From assembly GCA_013265495.1 (NCBI GenBank), contig MU062951.1, forward strand, positions 806,001-870,000: 64,000 nucleotides of DNA. The letters run 5' to 3'. The notes below the pieces were generated by a model that made no database searches, was not told the origin of the DNA, and saw only the letters and a list, made by a program, of their open reading frames with translations. The stretch comes from Vicugna vicugna. Taxonomy: Eukaryota. Below, in pieces: positions 11,801-24,300 of the stretch (position 1 is its first letter; each line of letters begins with the position of its first letter). The position numbers and the translations under genes were made by a program.

Positions 11801-14800
11801 TGATCGCCGAGAAGGCTGCCAGAGGCTATGTGGACCCAGTGACAGGACACACGATCTCCCTTTTCCAGGCCATGAGGAGAAAGCTGGTGGCACAGGAGTG
11901 GGCGCTCAGGCTGCTGGAGGTGCAGGTGGCCACGGGAGGCGTCGTGGACCCGCTGCACCACCACCGGCTTCCACTTGACACCGCCTACAGACGAGGCTGT
12001 CTGCACCCAGACACCTACCCGCTCGTTGCAGACCCAAAGTGCATGAATAAAAGATATGTGGACCCCAACACACAGGAAAAGGTGACGTACCAGGAGCTGC
12101 AGGAGAGGAGCCAGCAGGAAGAGGCAACGGGCTGGGCCCTGTTCCCTGTACTTCTTAGTGGACAGCAATGCACATATATTGACAACGCCACCATCAGAGC
12201 TCTCCAGGCCCAGCAGGTAGAGGTGACTGTGGGGAGGTTTAAGGGCCAGAGACCATCAGTCTGGGAATTGCTGAATTCAGAATATGTGACAGAGGAGAAG
12301 AAGCGTGAGTTAGTTGTAAACTACAAAAGAGACACAACACATGCACTAAAAGCGGTAGTGACTATTATCTTCGAAATAATTCATGAGACAGAAAAGAATA
12401 GAAAACAGCTCTGGTTCACAGGGATCAGGAGACAAATCACGGCCGCCGAGCTCTGCGCTGCAGGCGTCCTCAGTGAGGCAACGCTAGGGGCATTAGAGGA
12501 AGGGAGGACCACTGTGGACAATGTGACACAGGACGAAGGAGTCAGGCGCTACCTGGAAGGCACCAGCTGCATCGCCGGCGTGCTGGTGCCCGCCAGNNNN
12601 NNNNNNNNNNNNNNNNNNNNNNNNNNNNNNNNNNNNNNNNNNNNNNNNNNNNNNNNNNNNNNNNNNNNNNNNNNNNNNNNNNNNNNNNNNNNNNNNNNNN
12701 NNNNNNNNNNNNNNNNNNNNNNNNNNNNNNNNNNNNNNNNNNNNGAGGAGGCGGTGGCCGCGGGCGTGGTGGGCGGCGAGCTCCAGGAGAAGCTGCTGTC
12801 GGCCGAGCGCGCCGTCACCGGCTACACCGACCCCTACACCGGGGAGCAGATCTCCCTGTTCCAGGCCATGAAGAANNNNNNNNNNNNNNNNNNNNNNNNN
12901 NNNNNNNNNNNNNNNNNNNNNNNNNNNNNNNNNNNNNNNNNNNNNNNNNNNNNNNNNNNNNNNNNNNNNNNNNNNNNNNNNNNNNNNNNNNNNNNNNNNN
13001 NNNNNNNNNNNNNNNNNNNNNNNNNNNNNNNNNNNNNNNNNNNNNNNNNNNNNNNNNNNNNNNNNNNNNNNNNNNNNNNNNNNNNNNNNNNNNNNNTGCG
13101 CCGCTGCGTGCGCGACCCCGACACGGGGCTCTACCTGCTGCAGCTGGCGGGCCGGGGCTCCGCCGTGCACCAGCTGGGCGAGGAGCTGCGCGCCGCCCTG
13201 CGCGATGCCCGCGTGACGCCGGGCTCGGGCGCCCTCCGGGGCCAGGGCGTCTCCGTCTGGGAGCTCCTCTTCTACCGGGAGGTGTCCGAGAGCCAGCGGC
13301 AGGACCTGCTGCGCCGGTACCGGGAGGGCTCGCTGACCGCGCCGGACGTGGGCGCCGCCCTCGCCTCCCTGCTGGCCCGGGCCGAGGCCGAGGACCAGGT
13401 CCCCCGGCCCGCGCCCCCCGACCCCCGGGGGGCCCTGCGTGCCGCCACCATGGAGGTCCGGGTGGGCCGCCTGCGGGGGCCCGCGGTGCCCGTGTGGGAC
13501 GTGCTGGCGTCCAGCTACGTGAGCGAGGCCACCCGGGAGCAGCTGCTGGCCCAGTTCAGTGCGGGGACGCTGGGCTTGCCCGCGCTGACCCACAGGCTGA
13601 CCACCATCATCCAGGAGGCGGAGGCGGCCGACGGGACCGAGCACGGGCTGGGGGGCGCCGCCCCCGGCCAGCCGGAGCCCGGCCCAGCCGGGCGCGGTGA
13701 CGGTGACGCCGACGCGGGTCCCTCCCCGGGCCAGGCCGACGCCGAGGCCGCCCGGGCCCTCCAGGAGCGGGCCCTGCGGGCCGCCACCATGGAGGTGCAG
13801 GCCGGGCAGTTCCGCGGCCAGCCCGTCTCCGTGTGGGACGTCCTCTTCTCCTCCTACCTGGGCCAGGCCCGCCGGGACGAGCTCCTGGCCCGGCACGCGG
13901 CCGGCACCCTGGCCCTGCCCGGCCTGGTCGCCATCCTCACCCAGGTCATCGAGGAGGCGGAGGAGCGGCTGAGCAAGGTGTCCCTCCGGGGCCTGAGGCG
14001 CCAGGTGTCGGCCTCCGAGCTGGGCAAGTCCAGGATCCTGGGCCCCGAGACCCTGCGGGACCTGGCCCAGGGCACCAAGACCCTGCAGGAGGTGTCGGAG
14101 ATGGACTCGGTGAAGCGCTACCTGGAGGGCACCAGCTGCATCGCCGGCGTGCTGGTGCCCGCCAGNNNNNNNNNNNNNNNNNNNNNNNNNNNNNNNNNNN
14201 NNNNNNNNNNNNNNNNNNNNNNNNNNNNNNNNNNNNNNNNNNNNNNNNNNNNNNNNNNNNNNNNNNNNNNNNNNNNNNNNNNNNNNNNNNNNNNNNNNNN
14301 NNNNNNNNNNNNNGAGGAGGCGGTGGCCGCGGGCGTGGTGGGCGGCGAGCTCCAGGAGAAGCTGCTGTCGGCCGAGCGCGCCGTCACCGGCTACACCGAC
14401 CCCTACACCGGGGAGCAGATCTCCCTGTTCCAGGCCATGAAGAANNNNNNNNNNNNNNNNNNNNNNNNNNNNNNNNNNNNNNNNNNNNNNNNNNNNNNNN
14501 NNNNNNNNNNNNNNNNNNNNNNNNNNNNNNNNNNNNNNNNNNNNNNNNNNNNNNNNNNNNNNNNNNNNNNNNNNNNNNNNNNNNNNNNNNNNNNNGACCC
14601 CACCGACGACACCAAGGGCTTCTTCGACCCCAACACGCACGAGAACCTCACCTACAAGCAGCTACTGCGCCGCTGCGTGCGCGACCCCGACACGGGGCTC
14701 TACCTGCTGCAGCTGGCGGGCCGGGGCTCCGCCGTGCACCAGCTGGGCGAGGAGCTGCGCGCCGCCCTGCGCGATGCCCGCGTGACGCCGGGCTCGGGCG

Positions 14801-17800
14801 CCCTCCGGGGCCAGGGCGTCTCCGTCTGGGAGCTCCTCTTCTACCGGGAGGTGTCCGAGAGCCAGCGGCAGGACCTGCTGCGCCGGTACCGGGAGGGCTC
14901 GCTGACCGCGCCGGACGTGGGCGCCGCCCTCGCCTCCCTGCTGGCCCGGGCCGAGGCCGAGGACCAGGTCCCCCGGCCCGCGCCCCCCGACCCCCGGGGG
15001 GCCCTGCGTGCCGCCACCATGGAGGTCCGGGTGGGCCGCCTGCGGGGGCCCGCGGTGCCCGTGTGGGACGTGCTGGCGTCCAGCTACGTGAGCGAGGCCA
15101 CCCGGGAGCAGCTGCTGGCCCAGTTCAGTGCGGGGACGCTGGGCTTGCCCGCGCTGACCCACAGGCTGACCACCATCATCCAGGAGGCGGAGGCGGCCGA
15201 CGGGACCGAGCACGGGCTGGGGGGCGCCGCCCCCGGCCAGCCGGAGCCCGGCCCAGCCGGGCGCGGTGACGGTGACGCCGACGCGGGTCCCTCCCCGGGC
15301 CAGGCCGACGCCGAGGCCGCCCGGGCCCTCCAGGAGCGGGCCCTGCGGGCCGCCACCATGGAGGTGCAGGCCGGGCAGTTCCGCGGCCAGCCCGTCTCCG
15401 TGTGGGACGTCCTCTTCTCCTCCTACCTGGGCCAGGCCCGCCGGGACGAGCTCCTGGCCCGGCACGCGGCCGGCACCCTGGCCCTGCCCGGCCTGGTCGC
15501 CATCCTCACCCAGGTCATCGAGGAGGCGGAGGAGCGGCTGAGCAAGGTGTCCCTCCGGGGCCTGAGGCGCCAGGTGTCGGCCTCCGAGCTGGGCAAGTCC
15601 AGGATCCTGGGCCCCGAGACCCTGCGGGACCTGGCCCAGGGCACCAAGACCCTGCAGGAGGTGTCGGAGATGGACTCGGTGAAGCGCTACCTGGAGGGCA
15701 CCAGCTGCATCGCCGGCGTGCTGGTGCCCGCCAGNNNNNNNNNNNNNNNNNNNNNNNNNNNNNNNNNNNNNNNNNNNNNNNNNNNNNNNNNNNNNNNNNN
15801 NNNNNNNNNNNNNNNNNNNNNNNNNNNNNNNNNNNNNNNNNNNNNNNNNNNNNNNNNNNNNNNNNNNNNNNNNNNNNNNNNNGAGGAGGCGGTGGCCGCG
15901 GGCGTGGTGGGCGGCGAGCTCCAGGAGAAGCTGCTGTCGGCCGAGCGCGCCGTCACCGGCTACACCGACCCCTACACCGGGGAGCAGATCTCCCTGTTCC
16001 AGGCCATGAAGAANNNNNNNNNNNNNNNNNNNNNNNNNNNNNNNNNNNNNNNNNNNNNNNNNNNNNNNNNNNNNNNNNNNNNNNNNNNNNNNNNNNNNNN
16101 NNNNNNNNNNNNNNNNNNNNNNNNNNNNNNNNNNNNNNNNNNNNNNNNNNNNNNNNNNNNNNNNNNNNNNNNNNNNNNNNNNNNNNNNNNNNNNNNNNNN
16201 NNNNNNNNNNNNNNNNNNNNNNNNNNNNNNNNNNTGCGNNNNNNNNNNNNNNNNNNNNNNNNNNNNNNNNNNNNNNNNNNNNNNNNNNNNNNNNNNNNNN
16301 NNNNNNNNNNNNNNNNNNNNNNNNNNNNNNNNNNNNNNNNNNNNNNNNNNNNNNNNNNNNNNNNNNNNNNNNNNNNNNNNNNNNNNNNNNNNNNNNNNNN
16401 NNNNNNNNNNNNNNNNNNNNNNNNNNNNNNNNNNNNNNNNNNNNNNNNNNNNNNNNNNNNNNNNNNNNNNNNNNNNNNNNNNNNNNNNNNNNNNNNNNNN
16501 NNNNNNNNNNNNNNNNNNNNNNNNNNNNNNNNNNNNNNNNNNNNNNNNNNNNNNNNNNNNNNNNNNNNNNNNNNNNNNNNNNNNNNNNNNNNNNNNNNNN
16601 NNNNNNNNNNNNNNNNNNNNNNNNNNNNNNNNNNNNNNNNNNNNNNNNNNNNNNNNNNNNNNNNNNNNNNNNNNNNNNNNNNNNNNNNNNNNNNNNNNNN
16701 NNNNNNNNNNNNNNNNNNNNNNNNNNNNNNNNNNNNNNNNNNNNNNNNNNNNNNNNNNNNNNNNNNNNNNNNNNNNNNNNNNNNNNNNNNNNNNNNNNNN
16801 NNNNNNNNATGNNNNNNNNNNNNNNNNNNNNNNNNNNNNNNNNNNNNNNNNNNNNNNNNNNNNNNNNNNNNNNNNNNNNNNNNNNNNNNNNNNNNNNNNN
16901 NNNNNNNNNNNNNNNNNNNNNNNNNNNNNNNNNNNNNNNNNNNNNNNNNNNNNNNNNNNNNNNNNNNNNNNNNNNNNNNNNNNNNNNNNNNNNNNNNNNN
17001 NNNNNNNNNNNNNNNNNNNNNNNNNNNNNNNNTGCGCCGCTGCGTGCGCGACCCCGACACGGGGCTCTACCTGCTGCAGCTGGCGGGCCGGGGCTCCGCC
17101 GTGCACCAGCTGGGCGAGGAGCTGCGCGCCGCCCTGCGCGATGCCCGCGTGACGCCGGGCTCGGGCGCCCTCCGGGGCCAGGGCGTCTCCGTCTGGGAGC
17201 TCCTCTTCTACCGGGAGGTGTCCGAGAGCCAGCGGCAGGACCTGCTGCGCCGGTACCGGGAGGGCTCGCTGACCGCGCCGGACGTGGGCGCCGCCCTCGC
17301 CTCCCTGCTGGCCCGGGCCGAGGCCGAGGACCAGGTCCCCCGGCCCGCGCCCCCCGACCCCCGGGGGGCCCTGCGTGCCGCCACCATGGAGGTCCGGGTG
17401 GGCCGCCTGCGGGGGCCCGCGGTGCCCGTGTGGGACGTGCTGGCGTCCAGCTACGTGAGCGAGGCCACCCGGGAGCAGCTGCTGGCCCAGTTCAGTGCGG
17501 GGACGCTGGGCTTGCCCGCGCTGACCCACAGGCTGACCACCATCATCCAGGAGGCGGAGGCGGCCGACGGGACCGAGCACGGGCTGGGGGGCGCCGCCCC
17601 CGGCCAGCCGGAGCCCGGCCCAGCCGGGCGCGGTGACGGTGACGCCGACGCGGGTCCCTCCCCGGGCCAGGCCGACGCCGAGGCCGCCCGGGCCCTCCAG
17701 GAGCGGGCCCTGCGGGCCGCCACCATGGAGGTGCAGGCCGGGCAGTTCCGCGGCCAGCCCGTCTCCGTGTGGGACGTCCTCTTCTCCTCCTACCTGGGCC

Positions 17801-18657
17801 AGGCCCGCCGGGACGAGCTCCTGGCCCGGCACGCGGCCGGCACCCTGGCCCTGCCCGGCCTGGTCGCCATCCTCACCCAGGTCATCGAGGAGGCGGAGGA
17901 GCGGCTGAGCAAGGTGTCCCTCCGGGGCCTGAGGCGCCAGGTGTCGGCCTCCGAGCTGGGCAAGTCCAGGATCCTGGGCCCCGAGACCCTGCGGGACCTG
18001 GCCCAGGGCACCAAGACCCTGCAGGAGGTGTCGGAGATGGACTCGGTGAAGCGCTACCTGGAGGGCACCAGCTGCATCGCCGGCGTGCTGGTGCCCGCCA
18101 GNNNNNNNNNNNNNNNNNNNNNNNNNNNNNNNNNNNNNNNNNNNNNNNNNNNNNNNNNNNNNNNNNNNNNNNNNNNNNNNNNNNNNNNNNNNNNNNNNNN
18201 NNNNNNNNNNNNNNNNNNNNNNNNNNNNNNNNNNNNNNNNNNNNNNNNNGAGGAGGCGGTGGCCGCGGGCGTGGTGGGCGGCGAGCTCCAGGAGAAGCTG
18301 CTGTCGGCCGAGCGCGCCGTCACCGGCTACACCGACCCCTACACCGGGGAGCAGATCTCCCTGTTCCAGGCCATGAAGAANNNNNNNNNNNNNNNNNNNN
18401 NNNNNNNNNNNNNNNNNNNNNNNNNNNNNNNNNNNNNNNNNNNNNNNNNNNNNNNNNNNNNNNNNNNNNNNNNNNNNNNNNNNNNNNNNNNNNNNNNNNN
18501 NNNNNNNNNNNNNNNNNNNNNNNNNNNNNNNNNNNNNNNNNNNNNNNNNNNNNNNNNNNNNNNNNNNNNNNNNNNNNNNNNNNNNNNNNNNNNNNNNNNN
18601 NTGCAGAGGGGCACTGTTGACCCAGTAACAGGCCTTGTCTTTCTTTCGCTTTCATGA
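5872..18657 (+). CDS. EPPK1: Epiplakin; single coding exon with at least 11-12 plakin repeat (B-type) domains, partly hidden by N gaps
   Basis: 4261-codon ORF including Ns. Repeated [11 protein letters not shown] / [21 protein letters not shown] / [13 protein letters not shown] / [16 protein letters not shown] motifs, no N-terminal plakin or rod domain, ends ...[12 protein letters not shown]-stop. Position upstream of NRBP2 fits synteny. Confidence 0.97.
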   Translation: MNGHASPPLDVLVTSNTEPAIVPKTTKATLGAGIHSGPQAKAVMSAQAQSIAGVYVEASGQVHSLYAAMKQGVLPFGLGLALLEAQAATGGLVGPAQGWPLSVSDALQQGLVGLELKERLLAAERAVTGYPDPYGGGSLALFQAIGKEMVDRALGWNWLEAQLATGGLVDPTQGVRVAPELACQQGLLDQEAWHVLSESGPDSGAPGFLDPNTLEQLPYRELLGRCVRAPSTGLALLPLKTTFRTLSGAVSLAELLEVGVLDEGTARGLREGRLAVPDVSTRAEVQRYLQGTGGVAGVVLLPAGLKKSFFQAVAEHLLPMGAMFPLLEAQAATGTLVDPATGRHLWVDEAVRAGLVGPELHRQLLAAEQAVTGYHDPFTGTRIPLFQAMKKELVDRPLALRLLDAQLATGGLVCPARRLRLPLEAALRFGCLDKKTQQCLLLATGFSDPGTQENLSYGQLLARCVTDPETGLAFLPVLVGSFGEEPQGPPFIEHSTRQALSAAVATISVGKFQGRPVSLWELLFSEAVPVEQRVALSQQHRDGTLSVEELGAVLRATLEQAAATSRNTFAGLRVPVTPRELLTAEIINQDMYEQLERGQTTAQDVGSLDSVQRYLQGTGCVAGLLLPGSQEQLSVHEACRRGLLRPGTALILLEAQAATGFIIDPKENKKYSVEEALRAGVIGPSVYAKLLSAERAVTGYSDPYTGERISLFQAMKKGLIVREHGIRLLEAQIATGGVIDPVHSHRVPVDVAFQRGYFDQTLKLILADPSDDTKGFFEPNTHENLTYMQLLERCVRDPNTGLHLLPLTRTRPQLVDGTTRQALQSLLLSVRHGRFRGQRVSAWELINSECFSEDRRRRLLQDYRLHKVSLEQVSKLLEREMERWADIMLPTLRGQVTAYQLLEAHIIDQELLDQVLSGAVSPEALLCMDSVRRYLRGSGAVGGVMLQPSNQRLSLYQAMKQKLLGPGVALALLEAQAATGAITDPCSLETMSVGEAVRRELVGPELYSRLRQAEDAVTGLRDPFSGERVSLFQAMKKGLVSVEQAVRLLEAQVATGGVIDPRGHHHLPMPVATQRGCIDQDMEVALSSSETFPTLDGRGHTSYAQLLEQCVRDEASGLYLLPLPEDAPAIPTDKQVQETLKATQGTEDGMSLWELLGSCHFTEEQRRGLLEDFRAGRTTAQQLRAAAQRWVQEAELLAQARITLPGPRGRVPAVWLLHAGVITRETLEALVQGAWSPLEVAEQPAVRACLWGTGCVAGVLLPRSGAKVSIAQAMEDSLLPAGLGQRLLEAQVASGSLIDPLTSQRLSVEDAIKAGLVPGTLSEQLQQVERAVAGYTDPCSGGSLSLWQAVEKGLMPQSEGFPLLQAQLATGGAVDPVHGVHLPEAAACRLGLLDEQTSRVLTSPDEDNKFFFDPSTRDKVTYGQLKERCVSDANTGLWLLPLPEDTALEWDKHTVVALRAMKVPVSTGRFRGLSMSLWDLLHSEYVSVHRRRELAALCQSGRATALRQVVSAVTALVEASERQPLRAAFRGLRKQVSARDLFRSQLIDKKTLHDLNEGRKTVQEVMEMDSVKPFLEGGNFIAGVLLQDTKERMSIAEALRRHVLRPGTALVLLEAQVATGFLIDPLENRKLTVQEAFKAGMFGKETYQKLLSAERAVTGYTDPYTGEQISLFQAMKKDLIVREHGIRLLEAQIATGXXXXXXXXXXXXXXXXXXXXXXXXXXXXXXXXXXXXXXXXXXXXXXXNLTYMQLLERCVRDPDTGLYLLQVVKKGEAYVYIDEATKQVLQSKTTTMHVGRFANQMVSFWDLLTSQYFTEDRKRELVQAYRAQNVSLEQLLEIIVTTVKETEKQNQVIKVAAIGGEVTAAELFNSGIIDKKTLDTLHPGDSAGQALRNLEPVKAYLDGRGCIAGVITPSTQEVLSMYEAGRKGLVPAAFVAHLLEAQAATGFMLDPHSHQRLSVDEAVAAGLVGEDLQERLLIAEKAARGYVDPVTGHTISLFQAMRRKLVAQEWALRLLEVQVATGGVVDPLHHHRLPLDTAYRRGCLHPDTYPLVADPKCMNKRYVDPNTQEKVTYQELQERSQQEEATGWALFPVLLSGQQCTYIDNATIRALQAQQVEVTVGRFKGQRPSVWELLNSEYVTEEKKRELVVNYKRDTTHALKAVVTIIFEIIHETEKNRKQLWFTGIRRQITAAELCAAGVLSEATLGALEEGRTTVDNVTQDEGVRRYLEGTSCIAGVLVPAXXXXXXXXXXXXXXXXXXXXXXXXXXXXXXXXXXXXXXXXXXXXXXXXXXEEAVAAGVVGGELQEKLLSAERAVTGYTDPYTGEQISLFQAMKXXXXXXXXXXXXXXXXXXXXXXXXXXXXXXXXXXXXXXXXXXXXXXXXXXXXXXXXXXXXXXXXXXXXXXXXXXXRRCVRDPDTGLYLLQLAGRGSAVHQLGEELRAALRDARVTPGSGALRGQGVSVWELLFYREVSESQRQDLLRRYREGSLTAPDVGAALASLLARAEAEDQVPRPAPPDPRGALRAATMEVRVGRLRGPAVPVWDVLASSYVSEATREQLLAQFSAGTLGLPALTHRLTTIIQEAEAADGTEHGLGGAAPGQPEPGPAGRGDGDADAGPSPGQADAEAARALQERALRAATMEVQAGQFRGQPVSVWDVLFSSYLGQARRDELLARHAAGTLALPGLVAILTQVIEEAEERLSKVSLRGLRRQVSASELGKSRILGPETLRDLAQGTKTLQEVSEMDSVKRYLEGTSCIAGVLVPAXXXXXXXXXXXXXXXXXXXXXXXXXXXXXXXXXXXXXXXXXXXXXXXXXXEEAVAAGVVGGELQEKLLSAERAVTGYTDPYTGEQISLFQAMKXXXXXXXXXXXXXXXXXXXXXXXXXXXXXXXXXXXXXXXXXXXXXXXXXXXDPTDDTKGFFDPNTHENLTYKQLLRRCVRDPDTGLYLLQLAGRGSAVHQLGEELRAALRDARVTPGSGALRGQGVSVWELLFYREVSESQRQDLLRRYREGSLTAPDVGAALASLLARAEAEDQVPRPAPPDPRGALRAATMEVRVGRLRGPAVPVWDVLASSYVSEATREQLLAQFSAGTLGLPALTHRLTTIIQEAEAADGTEHGLGGAAPGQPEPGPAGRGDGDADAGPSPGQADAEAARALQERALRAATMEVQAGQFRGQPVSVWDVLFSSYLGQARRDELLARHAAGTLALPGLVAILTQVIEEAEERLSKVSLRGLRRQVSASELGKSRILGPETLRDLAQGTKTLQEVSEMDSVKRYLEGTSCIAGVLVPAXXXXXXXXXXXXXXXXXXXXXXXXXXXXXXXXXXXXXXXXXXXXXXXXXXEEAVAAGVVGGELQEKLLSAERAVTGYTDPYTGEQISLFQAMKXXXXXXXXXXXXXXXXXXXXXXXXXXXXXXXXXXXXXXXXXXXXXXXXXXXXXXXXXXXXXXXXXXXXXXXXXXXXXXXXXXXXXXXXXXXXXXXXXXXXXXXXXXXXXXXXXXXXXXXXXXXXXXXXXXXXXXXXXXXXXXXXXXXXXXXXXXXXXXXXXXXXXXXXXXXXXXXXXXXXXXXXXXXXXXXXXXXXXXXXXXXXXXXXXXXXXXXXXXXXXXXXXXXXXXXXXXXXXXXXXXXXXXXXXXXXXXXXXXXXXXXXXXXXXXXXXXXXXXXXXXXXXXXXXXXXXXXXXXXXXXXXXXXXXXXXXXXXXXXXXXXXXXXXXXXXXXXXXXXXXRRCVRDPDTGLYLLQLAGRGSAVHQLGEELRAALRDARVTPGSGALRGQGVSVWELLFYREVSESQRQDLLRRYREGSLTAPDVGAALASLLARAEAEDQVPRPAPPDPRGALRAATMEVRVGRLRGPAVPVWDVLASSYVSEATREQLLAQFSAGTLGLPALTHRLTTIIQEAEAADGTEHGLGGAAPGQPEPGPAGRGDGDADAGPSPGQADAEAARALQERALRAATMEVQAGQFRGQPVSVWDVLFSSYLGQARRDELLARHAAGTLALPGLVAILTQVIEEAEERLSKVSLRGLRRQVSASELGKSRILGPETLRDLAQGTKTLQEVSEMDSVKRYLEGTSCIAGVLVPAXXXXXXXXXXXXXXXXXXXXXXXXXXXXXXXXXXXXXXXXXXXXXXXXXXEEAVAAGVVGGELQEKLLSAERAVTGYTDPYTGEQISLFQAMKXXXXXXXXXXXXXXXXXXXXXXXXXXXXXXXXXXXXXXXXXXXXXXXXXXXXXXXXXXXXXXXXXXXXXXXXXXXQRGTVDPVTGLVFLSLS
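12545..18640 (+). repeat. EPPK1: Coding tandem repeat, unit 1569 bp (523 aa: one plakin domain plus linker)
   Basis: Identical blocks at 13097-14165, 14666-15734 and 17033-18101. Gap starts at 12597, 14166 and 15735 are spaced exactly 1569 bp apart. Confidence 0.92.
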
Positions 18658-18916
18658 CCATTATTGAATATTCTAGTTCATCTTTAAGAGATGTAACAGT
18701 ATATGGAAATATTGTTTTTGTCCAAATTTTGTGCTCCCATTTTTCAATCTGCATGTTAATGTGGACTTAACTTTTCACTCTCCTGTGTCATGTTTTCTTG
18801 CTTTTGGTTCGTTTTGTGCTAAATGAAATGTGATAGCTTTCTCATGTTGTTTGGTCTCTTTGTGTAATTAGCGTGAATTTTCAGTTTTTTTTTGACATTC
18901 CCACTTGACCATTTCC

Positions 18917-18922
18917 AATAAA
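18917..18922 (+). terminator. EPPK1: Canonical poly(A) signal AATAAA of EPPK1
   Basis: AATAAA about 260 nt after the stop in an AT-rich 3' UTR, followed by GT/T-rich sequence (TTTGTTATGTGTTATGTG). Confidence 0.75.
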
Positions 18923-20309
18923 GTGTGCTATCTTCAGAGTGAAGAACTCCTTCTGGTCTCAGGCCTATCACCTGACTTGGATTCTCAGTTTGTTATGTGT
19001 TATGTGTTATAATACGTGAATTAAATGCACTACTTTCAGTGATGGTTCAGTGTCCTGTTTTTTTGACCACAGCCTTTCTCACCATTTTTTGGCTCAGTAC
19101 GTGGCTTTTTGATCTCCATAAGGATTCCATCAGCTGTAGTTGCCCATTGCACTGCTGGGCTCCAGGAGGGCCTGGGCTGATTGTCTCATGGTACAGCCTC
19201 TCCTGATAGGTACAACCCTTTGTGGGTTACCTGACCAGCTTTGTTTTGGAGGTATGGCCTTTAGAAGTTACAAACAATTGTTTTTATGTGAACAAAGCTC
19301 TCTTCTTGACTTTAGCTTTTGAGAGGTTCATGCACAAATCTGTGTAGTGTTTCTGTGGATATAAGAGATGAAAGAAAAAATGAGCATGGACAACCTCGGG
19401 TGACGTAAAGCTGTATGCCGTGTGATCGCTGCGTGCGCTGTAGTTAGGTCACTGTCAGACTCTTAAAAGAGCCTAGAACTTCAGTCAGCTGAAGAGTGTG
19501 TCTTTTTGGGGTAGGTGACCGAGGGCCAAGACTTGCTGGCCGATCCTTACAGCACAGAGCAGTTCACAGCACTACTCAGAGGTTGAGCAGCGGGTGACAC
19601 TTTTGCAGGATCACTTGGGGCTGGATGGAACTGGGAGCAGGCTGATGCCGCCGTCCCGAGAAGCGGTGCTGGTCCTAAAAGGATGACAGCAGTGGAGACA
19701 TGAAAGGGTAGGTGCTGTCTGTGTGGAAGGTTAGGAGAAAGAGGTGTCCCAAGGGACTCTCAGACCAACAGGGCTGAAGGCCTTCTACGGAGGTGGAGGA
19801 GCTCAGTGTTTAAGTTTGAGAGAAGGCAGGCACGCGTGTCTACTTTTCTCTCCAGAAAGAGAAAGTGAAGGGTGGGTGAGGACTCAGCGGGTTTTCAAGG
19901 AAGACCATGGGAAGGTAGTGGGGGTTGTGGGGTCAATGGGGACGTTAGACAAGAATTCTAGAGTTCATCTCTTGATATGGCTGGAGTGGTGAGGGGGCCT
20001 CCGGGAGGGTGATGTGGCTGCATTTGAGTGGGGCTGGGGCTCCCTCCTGATGGCTCCACTGTCCAAGAAGCGCCATTAGCAGAAAGCCGAGAGATGGGAA
20101 ATCGCTATCCTGGGATGTGAGAAGGTGAGCATGTGGATGAGAAAGGGAAGCACTGAATTGCGGGCCAGTGGGAGGTCTATGGGCAAAAAGTAAAGTCAGC
20201 CTGGTTTGAATATTTTTGTCTTCTTAAGTGACCCTCGCACTTACTCCTAGGGGAAGGGTGACGCGCGGGCAGAGCTGGCCTCCCAAATGCCCCCTCCCTG
20301 GCCTTTCCC

Positions 20310-21310
20310 CAGACTGTCGCGGTGCAACCCCGGGGCCGAGTGGGCTGCCCTGGCCCTGCTCCACGCTGGGTTCACCCCAGGGCGGGACCCGGGGACCGAG
20401 GGCGGGTTTCAGGAAGTGTGTGGCAGGAGTGTGGTGGGGAAGCATTGCGGGAAGTAGGAGCGGCTCTAAGAACTGGGCAGGGCCGGTCCGCGCGCGCCGC
20501 CGCGCGCCCAGGGAGGCCCTGACGGACCTGGTTCTAGGCCGTCACGGAAAGCTCCGGGTCCGGCCAGCTCGATTCAGGCTGGTTCCGGGGCCTCCTCTCG
20601 CTGCAGCCAAGAGCCGCAGCTCCCTCGGGGCTCCGGGCCGGGACCGCGCAGCTCCGCGGGGCGGGGCCCTAGACGTGGCGGGCGGGACCTCTCCAGGGTG
20701 GGGTCCGCGAGGCGGGGCCTTGGAGGATCTGGGCGGGGCTCGTGGGCGGGGCCCCGTCTGGGGCGGGGCCTTGGCCGAGGACAGGTGGGACATCTGCCAG
20801 GCGCAGCGAGGCTCTGCATTCCGCGGGGAAGCTCCACTCTAGCTCCGGCCCCGGGAGGCAGCTCTGGCGGGGTAGGCGGGCTCCACCCCCAGGCCGGTCG
20901 CGCGCCCGCGCCTCTCAATTCCCGGAGCCGGGGTTGGGGCTCCAGGGGGTGGTGGCGGCTCCGCTCCCAGCTGGGCGCCTGGGCGCGGGGCCAGGACGGG
21001 CGGGGAGCGGCGGCGCTGGGCGGTGGATCGCGCGGAGGGCGGCGGCCTGGGCCCGCCGAGCCATGGCGGCCCCGGAGCCGGTGCCGAGGCGGAGCCGGGA
21101 GAGGGAGGACGAGAGCGAGGACGAGAGCGACATCCTGGAAGAGAGCCCGTGTGGCCGCTGGCAGAAGCGGCGGGAGCAGGTGGGCACTGTGGGGCGGGGC
21201 GAGTCGCCGCCCTCCTCGGGCTGAGGGACCCCTGTGGCCACGCAGGGCCGTGCGAACTCTGGGGAACCAGGAGGCCCGAAACCACTCCGCAACCTCACGC
21301 AGGTGACCCC
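20310..21310 (+). promoter_or_regulatory. NRBP2: CpG island / NRBP2 promoter with clustered GC boxes
   Basis: CpG-dense; about six GGGCGGG(G/A) boxes between 20657 and 20770; spans the ATG at 21063. Confidence 0.8.
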
Positions 21311-24300
21311 CTTCTTGACTGGCCCTTGCACTCCTTTAGCCTGGCCCCCGCGTTCCAGTGAGGAAGCCCTGATATCCTAAGGGCCAGTCTCCTGAAGCCA
21401 CCTTCCCGTGCCTCTGAGACCAGCTGTTAGCCCCCTAGGATGATCCTCAACCCCCTGAAACGTGCCCCAAATCCCCTCAGCCCAGCCCTGGACACCACCC
21501 TTCTCCTGGGCCAGTCCTCCTCAGACCCCCCAGCTTCCCACCAGAGCAAGCCAGCGCCTGCATCACATGCTTGGGCCCGAGGGAAAGGATAAGAGCAGAG
21601 ACCAAACCCTGCCCTGTGCTCTTCTCCCCACATGCATGCCCACACACCCATGCCCCCACCCCCACAACCAGGTGAACCAGGGGAACGTGCCCGGGGTCCA
21701 GAGCACCTTCCTGGCCATGGACACGGAGGAAGGGGTGGAGGTGGTGTGGAACGAGCTGCACTTCGGTGACAGGAAGGCCTTTGCCACCCATGAGGTAAGG
21801 CCCACTGCCACCTCCCCGACCCCACCTCCCATCACCCTCGTGACCACCCCCCCCTTCCCAGGAGAAGATTCAGACCATGTTTGAGCAGCTGGCGCTGGTG
21901 GACCACCCCAACATTGTCAAGCTACACAAGTACTGGCTGGATGCCTCTGAGGCCCGAGCTCGGGTGAGCTGCCGGGCAGGACGGGTGGGGGGAGAGGCGC
22001 GGCTGGAGGCACCTGCAGTTGGTGGAGTCCGTGGGCCTGCCCGCCTCGCAGGTCGTCTTCATCACAGAGTACGTGTCATCAGGCAGCCTCAAGCAATTCC
22101 TCAAAAAGACAAAGAAGAACCACAAGGCCATGAATGCCAGGGTATGGGGAGTGGGCTGGACGCGTCAGGGCAGGATGGGTTCCAGGCACTGTTTGGTGTG
22201 GAGAGGGTGAGGGGTGGAGAGCGGCTTTGGGGTAAGGAACTGGCTTGGGCCGGGGCAAATCAGGCCCAGCTGGCTTTCCGCCCACCTACCCCACGGAGTC
22301 CATCCACCGCCAGGCCTGGAAGCGCTGGTGCACGCAGATCCTGTCCGCGCTCAGGTGAGGGCCTGGGTTCGCCGGAGCGCCTACAACACAGTACCCCCAC
22401 CTCCCTGACCCGGTACCCCTGACCCAGCTCCACCTGCTGTCACCTCCTGTCCCCAGCTTTCTGCACTCCTGCAGTCCTCCCATCATCCATGGGAACCTGA
22501 CAAGTGACACCATCTTCATACAGCACAACGGCCTCATCAAGATTGGCTCTGGTGCTGGCAGGGTGGGGCTGGGGGTGGGGGCANNNNNNNNNNNNNNNNN
22601 NNNNNNNNNNNNNNNNNNNNNNNNNNNNNNNNNNNNNNNNNNNNNNNNNNNNNNNNNNNNNNNNNNNNNNNNNNNNNNNNNNNNNNNNNNNNNNNNNNNN
22701 NNNNNNNNNNNNNNNNNNNNNNNNNNNNNNNNNNNNNNNNNNNNNNNNNNNNNNNNNNNNNNNNNNNNNNNNNNNNNNNNNNNNNNNNNNNNNNNNNNNN
22801 NNNNNNNNNNNNNNNNNNNNNNNNNNNNNNNNNNNNNNNNNNNNNNNNNNNNNNNNNNNNNNNNNNNNNNNNNNNNNNNNNNNNNNNNNNNNNNNNNNNN
22901 NNNNNNNNNNNNNNNNNNNNNNNNNNNNNNNNNNNNNNGGGGTGGGGGCAGATTGGGGGTAGGGGGCAGGGCTGGGAGGCCTGGCAGGAATGGAGGGCAG
23001 AGGGTGCCCAATGCCCCACCAAGTTGACGCCCGCTCTTTCTCTCCGCGCTGACCGGCTCAGTGTGGCACCGAATCTTCTCCAATGGTGCGTGGGGACCCT
23101 CGGGGGATGGAGGGCCATGGAGAGGTCCAGCCTGCTCATCCCCTGGACTCTCCATAGCGCTCCCGGACGATCTCCGAAGCCCCATCCGCGTTGAGCGGGA
23201 GGAACCTCGGAACCTGCACTTCTTCCCGCCAGAGTACGGAGGTGAGTCCAGGTGCCCCGCCCCACCGCGCCCCTCCCTGCCCTGTGTGCACCGCATGCGC
23301 TGTACTCGCCCTGACTTGCTCTCTCCTTTCAGAGGTTGCTGATGGCACTGCCGTAGACATCTTCTCCTTTGGGATGTGTGCACTGGAGGTACCAGCCCCT
23401 TAGCCTCCGGGCATCCTCCCAGCCAGCTCCACCCATCTCACCTGTGCTGTCCCTTGTGCATGCCTGACCTTGCCCATGCCTGACCTTGCCCTGCCCTCCA
23501 GATGGCTGTGCTGGAGATCCAGGCCAATGGGGACACCCGGGTCACAGAGGAGGCCATCGCCCGTGCCAGGCACTCCCTGAGTGACTCCAACATGCGGGTA
23601 AGCTGCTTGCCTTTCCCCTCTCAGCTGGCTGTCGGTGTTCCAGGTGGGGCCGGTGAGGCGCTTTGGGCAAGCCTAGAGGTGCAGCAGGTCAGTGCCAGGC
23701 CCGCTGCACAAGGCCTCACCCCTCACCCCTCCAAGGAGGGCCTTACTGGGAGCGCATGTTGAGTTCCAGACCTGAAGGCTCTCAAGGCACAATCTAAGCA
23801 CAGAGAAACCAGAGAAGCACTCCCTATGTGGGCACAATTTTTATACCCATTTTATAGGTAAAAAAACTGAGGATCTGGGAGGCTTTAGAGTGAGTGGTGG
23901 GGCCTGTGTTTGCACCCCGGTCTGCCTGACTCCACACCCCTGCATGGAAGGCTCCAGGAGATAGACTAGAAATTATGTGGTCCCAGCTTGGGAGGGGTGG
24001 GGAGTGGGCAAAGGGCATATGAGATGGAAGCTGCATCCACAACCTCTCTGCAGAGTCTAGCGACTGTCTGGCATAACCACACGGCCTCTGGGGATGGGAG
24101 GGGAGTAATGAGGCCTGGATGGACAGGAGAGGCAGTGGAGGGCATGGATCTGGGGCCAGAAGACCCATCAAGGTCATCTCCAGAGTAGGGCCTGACCTGC
24201 AGCAACAGAAGAGGGGTGGGCTGTAGGTAGGTGGGCTCATGCTGGGCTGCACTGCCCTCCAGGGGCTAAGCTGCCTGCCGGCACTCTGCCCAGGCCCAGG

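Noticed and set aside
12493-17832. Long antisense ORFs (715 aa and 1056 aa) over the EPPK1 repeat array
   Set aside because: Shadow frames of a G/C-ending coding sequence, inflated by N runs; no independent promoter or recognisable domain.
12545-18640. Regular repeat-gap-repeat pattern as a CRISPR-like or transposon array
   Set aside because: Units are 1569-bp in-frame plakin coding repeats and the spacers are assembly Ns; the genome is eukaryotic.
18655-18690. Stop-codon read-through (TGA-C) at EPPK1, NRBP2 and PUF60
   Set aside because: None has the strong TGA-CTAG context; TGA-C is common in GC-rich genes.
19000-20200. Possible unannotated gene or DNA-transposon/L2 remnant between EPPK1 and NRBP2
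   Set aside because: No convincing ORF or splice structure, and I could not assign a repeat family with confidence; needs RepeatMasker.
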